Shown here piece by piece: positions 57,550 through 64,000 of a stretch of DNA of 64,000 nucleotides (the stretch's first letter is position 1; every line of letters starts with the position of its first letter). Location of the stretch: the NCBI GenBank assembly GCA_944392175.1, contig CALXVT010000003.1, forward strand, positions 1,973-65,972, written 5' to 3'. The notes under the pieces are model-generated. The model was not told the DNA's origin. It was given only the letters and a program-made list of their open reading frames with translations, and searched no databases. A program made the translations under genes and the position numbers. The stretch is from an uncultured Clostridia bacterium. GTDB lineage: Bacteria > Bacillota > Clostridia > TANB77 > CAG-508.

Positions 57550-60321
57550 TTATGCATTTTTTCCATGACAGTTTTTATATTTTAATCCTGAACCGCATGG
57601 ACAAGGATCATTTCTACCAATCTTTGGTCCATCATTTACAATTGTTTGATGTGTATGATTTTTATCACTTTGCGCAAGTTTTCCATTAACTAAGTTTACA
57701 GCTGCTTCGTCAAATCCTTCTTTTGTATCTTTTACATTAGAAGTTCTAACTACATTTCCAACTTTTTCAACATGTGAAAGTATTTTAACAACATCTAGTT
57801 TAATGTTTTCATTCATTTCATCAAACATATCTGTTCCTTCAATTCTATATTGAACAACTGGATCTTTTTGACCATAAGCACGAAGACCAATACCATTTTT
57901 TAGTTCTTCCATATCATCTATATGATCCATCCATTTTTGATCAACAACTTTTAATAATACAACTCTTTCAAGTTCTCTTATTTCTTTTTCACCAAAGTCT
58001 TTTTCTTTAGCTTCATATTTTTCAAATACTTTATTTGCAAGTTCATCAGAAAATTCTACTTGGTCAACATTATCAGCTTTAATTGTTTCTAATTCTGTTA
58101 TTCCAAAAACATCTTGAACATCTTGCATTAATGCTTCTTTGTTTAACTTTTCTCCATCAGTTAAAGTAAAGTGTGTTGATACAACAGCATCTACAACAGA
58201 ATTGAACATTTTTTGAATATTGTCTTTTAAATCTTTACCATCAAGAACTTCTCTTCTTTCTTTATAAATAAGTTCTCTTTGTGCATTCATAACATCATCA
58301 TATTTTAATACATTCTTTCTGATACTGAAGTTTCTTCCTTCAACTTTCTTTTGAGCATTTTCTACAGCTTTAGTAATAATTCTAGATTCTATTGGTAAAT
58401 CTTCTGAAGCATTTAATTTGTCATAAACTTTTGTAATTACATCTCCAGCGAATATTTTCATTAAATTATCATCTAAGCTTATATAAAATCTTGATGAACC
58501 TGGATCTCCTTGACGACCACTACGTCCACGTAATTGGTTATCAATTCTTCTTGATTCATGTCTTGATGTACCAATGATTTTTAATCCACCAGCATCAATT
58601 ACTTTTTGTTTTTCATCTGCTATTTCTTTATCATATTTACTAACTAAATCTCTAAATACTTTTCTTGCATTAATAATATCTTGATCATCAGTTTCATTAA
58701 ATGCTGTAGCTTGTTCTATCATTTCATCTGAATATTTTTTACGCTTCATTTCTTGTTTAGCTAAATATTCACTATTTCCTCCAAGCATAATATCAGTACC
58801 ACGACCAGCCATATTTGTTGCAATTGTTACTGCACCATATTTACCAGCTTGCGCGATAATTTCTGCTTCTCTTTCATGTGCTTTAGCATTTAATACTTGA
58901 TGCTTAATTCCTTCTTTAGTTAATATTTTACTTAATGCTTCTGATTTTTCTATTGAAACAGTACCAATTAGAACAGGTTGTCCTTTTTGATAGCTTTCTT
59001 TTACATCTTTTACTACTGCTCTAAATTTAGCCTTTTCATTTTTATATATAATATCTGGCAAATCTTCTCTTATCATTGGTTTATTTGTTGGTATAGAAAC
59101 AACATCTAAGTGATAAATTTCTTGGAATTCTGCTTCTTCTGTCATTGCAGTACCAGTCATACCAGATAATTTTTCATACATTCTGAAGTAGTTTTGGAAT
59201 GTAATTGTTGCAAGTGTTTTAGATTCATCTGCAATTTTTACATGCTCTTTTGCTTCAATAGCTTGATGTAAACCATTATTGTATCTTCTTCCATACATAA
59301 TACGTCCAGTAAATTCATCAACAATTAATACTTCTCCGTCTTTAACAATGTAATCTATATCTTTTTTCATTACACCATATGCACGTAATGCTTGATTTAC
59401 ATTGTGTACTATTTCTGAATTTTCTAAGTCATTAAAATTATCTACTTTAAAATATTCTTCTGCTTTTTTAATACCTTTTTGTGTAAGTGATGCAGATTTA
59501 GCTTTTAAATCTACTATATAATCATATTTTTCATTATCTTCTGCTTGCTCCATATCTTCAACATTTTCTTCAACAATTACCTTTGATTCCAATGTTCTTA
59601 CAAAGCTATCAGCTTTTTTGTATAATTCTGATGATTTATTTGCTCTACCAGAAATAATAAGTGGTGTACGAGCCTCATCAATTAAAATACTATCTATTTC
59701 ATCTACTATTGCATAGTTTAATTTTCTTTGAACTAATTGTTCTTTATATAAAACCATGTTATCTCTTAAATAATCAAATCCAAATTCATTATTTGTTCCA
59801 TATGTTATATCTGCAGCATATGCTTTTCTTCTTTGGTCTGGTTCTAGTCCATTTACTACTAATCCTACAGAAAGTCCTAAGAATTTATATAATTTACCCA
59901 TCCATTCACTATCTCTTTTAGCTAGGTAATCATTTACTGTTATAACATGAACACCTTTTCCTGTTAAAGCATTCAAATATGCTGGAAGTGTTGCAACAAG
60001 TGTTTTTCCTTCACCTGTTTTCATTTCAGCAATTCTACCTTGGTGTAATATAATACCACCAATTAATTGAACATCAAAATGTCTTAATCCTAATACTCTT
60101 TTAGACGCTTCCCTAACAACTGCAAAAGCTTCTGGTAATATATCATCTAAAGTTTTACCATTTTCTAATTGCTTTTTAAAATATTCTGTCTTTCCTGTTA
60201 GTTCTTTGTCTGATAATTTTGCCATTTCTGGTTCTAAGCTATTAATTTGCTCTACAATTGGCATTACTCTTTTTACTTCTTTTTCACTATATGTCTTAAA
60301 GATCTTTTTTAATACGCCCAT
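57550..60321 (-). CDS. secA: Preprotein translocase ATPase SecA
   Basis: [53 protein letters not shown]-terminal [15 protein letters not shown] motif. Confidence 0.97.
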   Translation of the reverse strand: MGVLKKIFKTYSEKEVKRVMPIVEQINSLEPEMAKLSDKELTGKTEYFKKQLENGKTLDDILPEAFAVVREASKRVLGLRHFDVQLIGGIILHQGRIAEMKTGEGKTLVATLPAYLNALTGKGVHVITVNDYLAKRDSEWMGKLYKFLGLSVGLVVNGLEPDQRRKAYAADITYGTNNEFGFDYLRDNMVLYKEQLVQRKLNYAIVDEIDSILIDEARTPLIISGRANKSSELYKKADSFVRTLESKVIVEENVEDMEQAEDNEKYDYIVDLKAKSASLTQKGIKKAEEYFKVDNFNDLENSEIVHNVNQALRAYGVMKKDIDYIVKDGEVLIVDEFTGRIMYGRRYNNGLHQAIEAKEHVKIADESKTLATITFQNYFRMYEKLSGMTGTAMTEEAEFQEIYHLDVVSIPTNKPMIREDLPDIIYKNEKAKFRAVVKDVKESYQKGQPVLIGTVSIEKSEALSKILTKEGIKHQVLNAKAHEREAEIIAQAGKYGAVTIATNMAGRGTDIMLGGNSEYLAKQEMKRKKYSDEMIEQATAFNETDDQDIINARKVFRDLVSKYDKEIADEKQKVIDAGGLKIIGTSRHESRRIDNQLRGRSGRQGDPGSSRFYISLDDNLMKIFAGDVITKVYDKLNASEDLPIESRIITKAVENAQKKVEGRNFSIRKNVLKYDDVMNAQRELIYKERREVLDGKDLKDNIQKMFNSVVDAVVSTHFTLTDGEKLNKEALMQDVQDVFGITELETIKADNVDQVEFSDELANKVFEKYEAKEKDFGEKEIRELERVVLLKVVDQKWMDHIDDMEELKNGIGLRAYGQKDPVVQYRIEGTDMFDEMNENIKLDVVKILSHVEKVGNVVRTSNVKDTKEGFDEAAVNLVNGKLAQSDKNHTHQTIVNDGPKIGRNDPCPCGSGLKYKNCHGKNA

Positions 60322-60462
60322 TCGTCTTTTGCCTCCTAAATATAATTATCATGTGTACTATATCACTAAAATAAGTTTTTCGCAATAATTTATTCAAAAA
60401 AACATATATAAGATATCTTTTTCATAAAATTAAATATAAATATTCAGAAAGAGGTGCTAATT

Positions 60463-60996
60463 TTGTTTATATATAATATAAAAGTAAGCGGAAGTTTCCT
60501 TTTTAAAATCTTTTTTGTTATAGTTACAATTATTATTGTAGTTGTATTTTCTATTTCTTGTTATAGAATATTTAACTTAGCTAAATCTAATGCAGATATT
60601 TCTGATAAATCTTCTAATGTTATAGAAATTACAACAAGCACATATACCAACATTTTAAAAGACTCTCACGAAAATATAGACAAATATGTAGGTAAATCAT
60701 ATAAGTTTTCTGGTTACATATATAGGGCATATGATTTTACAGAAGATCAATTTGTTCTGGCACGTGATATGGTTATTAGTTCTGATTATCAAACTTTAAT
60801 TGTAGGATTTTTGTCAGAATATAAAGGAATTAAAGATTACTCAGATGACACATGGGTAGAAGTTACAGGAACAATAAAAAAAGTAGATTATCATGGTGAT
60901 ATGCCTGAACTACAAATCACTTCATTAAAAGAAATTGATAAGCCTACTGATGAATATGTATTTCCTCCAGATGACTCGTATGTTCCAACAGAATAA
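60463..60996 (+). CDS. YcgQ/TIGR03943-like membrane-anchored protein
   Basis: TM plus YVGK...GYIYR...QFVLAR...DDTWVEVTGTI...P.DEYV; TTG start after GAGGTG RBS. Confidence 0.55.
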   Translation: MFIYNIKVSGSFLFKIFFVIVTIIIVVVFSISCYRIFNLAKSNADISDKSSNVIEITTSTYTNILKDSHENIDKYVGKSYKFSGYIYRAYDFTEDQFVLARDMVISSDYQTLIVGFLSEYKGIKDYSDDTWVEVTGTIKKVDYHGDMPELQITSLKEIDKPTDEYVFPPDDSYVPTE

Positions 60997-61063
60997 TTTT
61001 TATCCAATAATTTTCTTTATTTTAAAAACTGTAATACGTCTAAATGTATTACAGTTTTTTAAT

Positions 61064-62158
61064 TTATCTCTCTAATATTGCTTTAACTACGCCTTTATCA
61101 ATTAATGTACTAAATATGTTTTTTATTATTATTAAAATAATAGGACCTATTACCATTCCCCAAACTCCTATAAATTTGAAACCTGTATACATTGCAATTA
61201 AAGTAAATATTGGATGAATTCCGATGTTTTTACTAACTAATTTAGGTTCTAAAAATTGTTTCGCAATTGACATTATTCCCCATAAAACTAGTATTGAAAT
61301 TCCCATTATTATTTCTCCATTTAAAGCTGAAAAAACTGCCCAAGGTATCATCACTGCACCTGAGCCTAATATAGGTAGTGCATCAACAAACGCTATTCCT
61401 AATGCAATAAGAAGAGGATATTTTATATTCATTCCAACTATTTTTAATATATATAAGCCTATTACACATATTACAAATGAGATTAGAATTAATATTACTT
61501 GTGCTTTTAGGTAATTTCCTAATGAATTTATTATTTCCTTTAAATGGGTGCCCAATTTTTTTGCCCAAGTTATTGGTAAATGATGCTCTATTTCATCTAC
61601 CATATAAACTTTGTCAACACATATAAAATATAATGCAATTAATGTAATTGTTACATATATTGCAATAGTAGGTATTTGCGTCAGGATTTCGATAAATTTT
61701 GCTAGAGCATTTTTTATCCAAATTGTTATATTGTCGAAAAATTCATTTCCAGAATTTTGAATTATATTTTCTACTTGAGTTGGTAAATGTAATCTTGTTA
61801 TTTCGAAATTATTTGTTATTTTTTCTATACTGCTATATGCTTTATCTATATAGGTATTTACTCCCTGCATTAAATTTGACGCCTCCGAAACTAAAGTTGT
61901 TATTCCCCAAATTAATAATGAAGTTATAATAGCAATACTAATTAAAAAAATTATTATACTACTTGTCCTTCTTTTTAGCTTAAATTTTTTCATGCAAAAC
62001 TTAATTGGCGACTCTAGTATAAGTGCTAGTACAAATGCAATCAAAAAAGGCATATAAAAAATACTAAGTTTAAAAAACAAATAAATTATTAATATAGATA
62101 AAACTAGAAAAAATATTCTTTTTATAACTTTAGAAACATATCCTAAATCAACAATCAT
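61064..62158 (-). CDS. ytvI: Sporulation integral membrane protein YtvI (AI-2E family)
   Basis: PFLIA, YLKAQ, DALPILGSG..MIPWA, EPKLVSKNIGIHP, GMVIGP. Confidence 0.85.
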   Translation of the reverse strand: MIVDLGYVSKVIKRIFFLVLSILIIYLFFKLSIFYMPFLIAFVLALILESPIKFCMKKFKLKRRTSSIIIFLISIAIITSLLIWGITTLVSEASNLMQGVNTYIDKAYSSIEKITNNFEITRLHLPTQVENIIQNSGNEFFDNITIWIKNALAKFIEILTQIPTIAIYVTITLIALYFICVDKVYMVDEIEHHLPITWAKKLGTHLKEIINSLGNYLKAQVILILISFVICVIGLYILKIVGMNIKYPLLIALGIAFVDALPILGSGAVMIPWAVFSALNGEIIMGISILVLWGIMSIAKQFLEPKLVSKNIGIHPIFTLIAMYTGFKFIGVWGMVIGPIILIIIKNIFSTLIDKGVVKAILER

Positions 62159-62265
62159 ACAACCACCTTATATTATTATATGTATATAATAAATAATTAT
62201 GTCTTTATTATTGCATTAAAAGAAGAGGCAAGAAATAATCCTACCTCTTTTACAATAATTGTTTA

Positions 62266-62703
62266 TTATTCTGCATTTTTAGTATTGCTCCAACAAATGT
62301 TACCAAAAGTATTACCTACGCATTCTGGTTCAATTTTCTCATTTTTAGCTAAATCTCCTATTGAAATAATTCCTACAACTTTATTTCCATCTACTATTGG
62401 TAATCTTCTTATTTGATATTCTGACATTTTGTCTTCTACTGTTTTCATTTCATCTTCAGGTGTACAACTATATACATTTGAACTCATAATGTCTTTAACT
62501 TTAGTTGACTTACTGTCTTTATCACAAGCTATACATCTTAAAGCAATATCTCTATCTGTTACTACTCCAACTAATTTTTGATTTGTATCACATACAGGTA
62601 AATATCCAATATGTTTACTATTCATTAATTTAGCACAATCTGAAATTGTAGTATCAGGCAAACAATAACAAACATCATTACACATACAATCTTTTACTTT
62701 CAC
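62266..62703 (-). CDS. CBS-pair domain protein (YhcV/YlbB-like)
   Basis: GVVTDRDI, QIRRLPIV, GIISIGDL; GTG start at 62703 after AGAAGG. Confidence 0.8.
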   Translation of the reverse strand: MKVKDCMCNDVCYCLPDTTISDCAKLMNSKHIGYLPVCDTNQKLVGVVTDRDIALRCIACDKDSKSTKVKDIMSSNVYSCTPEDEMKTVEDKMSEYQIRRLPIVDGNKVVGIISIGDLAKNEKIEPECVGNTFGNICWSNTKNAE

Positions 62704-62885
62704 TAAAAATACCTTCTTTGCTAAAAATTTAAACTCTTTTCGGTATTTTGATTTCACTTTAAGAGTTGTAATATTTGTGAAATCAATTTAATTAATTTAT
62801 TGCCACTAATATTTTCGTGGTTAAATTGCTGGTATGATATTATGATATCCTTTTTTCCAAAAAAAATTCTTCATATTTTTTCCAA

Positions 62886-63266
62886 TTAAAAATCAACATA
62901 TGGATTAAATCCCATTGGATATCTAACTTGTATGCCTCTATTTTGAAAATTATTATATCTATTATCATTAATTTTTCTATTTAAAATTATAATTTTAATT
63001 AAATCCAATATAATATTTTTTGTTTCTTTTGTTGCATCTTTTATATTTAATTTTTTATAAATTTCTTCCGAAATTTCATTAATATTTGTTTCATTAATTT
63101 CTTTTGTTATTTCTTCAATGTATTTATTAATCGTACTATTTAATTTTGGATATAATTTTTCCAATTCAAAATTATTATTATAACTATAATTATAATATGT
63201 AGGTTCTGGTTTTATATTATATCCTAATACTGTTCTCATATACTCTTCATAATCACTATTTTGCAT
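62886..63266 (-). CDS. Hypothetical protein, possibly sporulation-associated
   Basis: YEEYMRTVLGY N-terminus, AAGGAGG RBS; upstream ACA-N16-CATATTTT resembles a sigma-K/E promoter. Confidence 0.55.
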   Translation of the reverse strand: MQNSDYEEYMRTVLGYNIKPEPTYYNYSYNNNFELEKLYPKLNSTINKYIEEITKEINETNINEISEEIYKKLNIKDATKETKNIILDLIKIIILNRKINDNRYNNFQNRGIQVRYPMGFNPYVDF

Positions 63267-63376
63267 AATTCTTCCTCCTTATTGGCTTTATACAAAATAT
63301 GTTTTATTCTAAGAATATGTGCATGTTCATAGAATAAAACAGAATTGCTAGGTTAATTCTAACAATTCTGTTTTTC

Positions 63377-64000
63377 TTAAAGATGATTCACTAAGTTTTT
63401 AAATTGATTTCCTCTATCAGCAAAATTTTTAAACATATCAAAGCTTGCACTTGCTGGTGAAAATAGTACCACTTGACCTCTATTACTAATTTTGTTTGCA
63501 GTATCTACTGCTTCTTCTAACGTTTTGCATTCATAAATTGGAACAACTCTATTTTTTCTTTTGGCTTCATTTTCTACAGCTGTTTTTATTTTTTGAGCAG
63601 TAGCTCCAATTAATACTAGCCCTTTAACTTTTTCTACAATATATTTACCTATTGGAGAATAATCTAAATTTTTATCATATCCACCTGCAATTAAAATAAG
63701 GTCTTCATCGTATGCTTTTAATCCAGCAATTGTTCTAGATGGACTAGAACTTGCAGAATCATTATACCATTTAACTCCGTTTAATTCTCTTACAAATTCA
63801 AGTCTATGCTCAACAGCATTAAATTCTTTAATCGCATCAACAGCTTGTTTTTCGTCTACAAATGGTTTTGTTGCTGCAAAAGCCGCACAAATATTTTCAA
63901 AATTATGTGTTCCTCTTAATTTTATTTCCTTAGTATTTAAAATATGTGTTCTAAGCTTATTATCACATTCTTTTATTAAATCACCATCAACAATATATCC
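63377..64000 (-). CDS. murD: UDP-N-acetylmuramoyl-L-alanine:D-glutamate ligase, 3' part (truncated by window edge)
   Basis: Translates GTHNFEN...EHRLEFV...WYNDS...LIAGGYDK...LFSPASASFDMFKNFADRGNQF. Confidence 0.92.
   Translation of the reverse strand, partial: GYIVDGDLIKECDNKLRTHILNTKEIKLRGTHNFENICAAFAATKPFVDEKQAVDAIKEFNAVEHRLEFVRELNGVKWYNDSASSSPSRTIAGLKAYDEDLILIAGGYDKNLDYSPIGKYIVEKVKGLVLIGATAQKIKTAVENEAKRKNRVVPIYECKTLEEAVDTANKISNRGQVVLFSPASASFDMFKNFADRGNQFKNLVNHL

Overview
Very AT-rich chromosomal window from a spore-forming, low-GC Firmicute (Clostridia-like; this is inferred from ytvI, yneA with SOS boxes, secA, prfB, mnmA and murD). Most genes are on the minus strand. No rRNA, tRNA, CRISPR array, integrase or transposase was found. 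(1) The most striking region is a ~22 kb locus (4864-26808) that looks like a SipW/TasA-type surface-fibre system. It has four SipW-family signal peptidases (two stand-alone, one fused to a fibre-like subunit, one catalytically dead), about seven TasA/camelysin-like subunits and a 2777-aa beta-helical adhesin-like protein. In the middle of the same gene run sit a membrane-anchored McrB-like AAA+ GTPase, an apparently nuclease-less DUF2357/McrC-like partner and a degenerate EAL-like protein. (2) An accessory region (43.5-50.7 kb) carries three paralogous orphan genes that share a GCA-N3-TGC motif before the RBS, and two sigma70-region-4/RNAP-alpha-CTD fusion genes with conserved promoter and leader sequences. 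(3) An operon of HD protein, DUF402, NDK-like kinase and a divergent MoaA-like radical SAM enzyme is followed by a GC-rich hairpin and a NUDIX/hydrolase/Ski2-helicase cluster. (4) A uraA-upp fusion is preceded by an unannotated 38-aa leader peptide with an attenuator resembling E. coli pyrL. (5) A class A PBP gene is split by one extra base at a CGG codon, and prfB has its canonical +1 frameshift. All assignments come from reading motifs by eye; no database searches were run.
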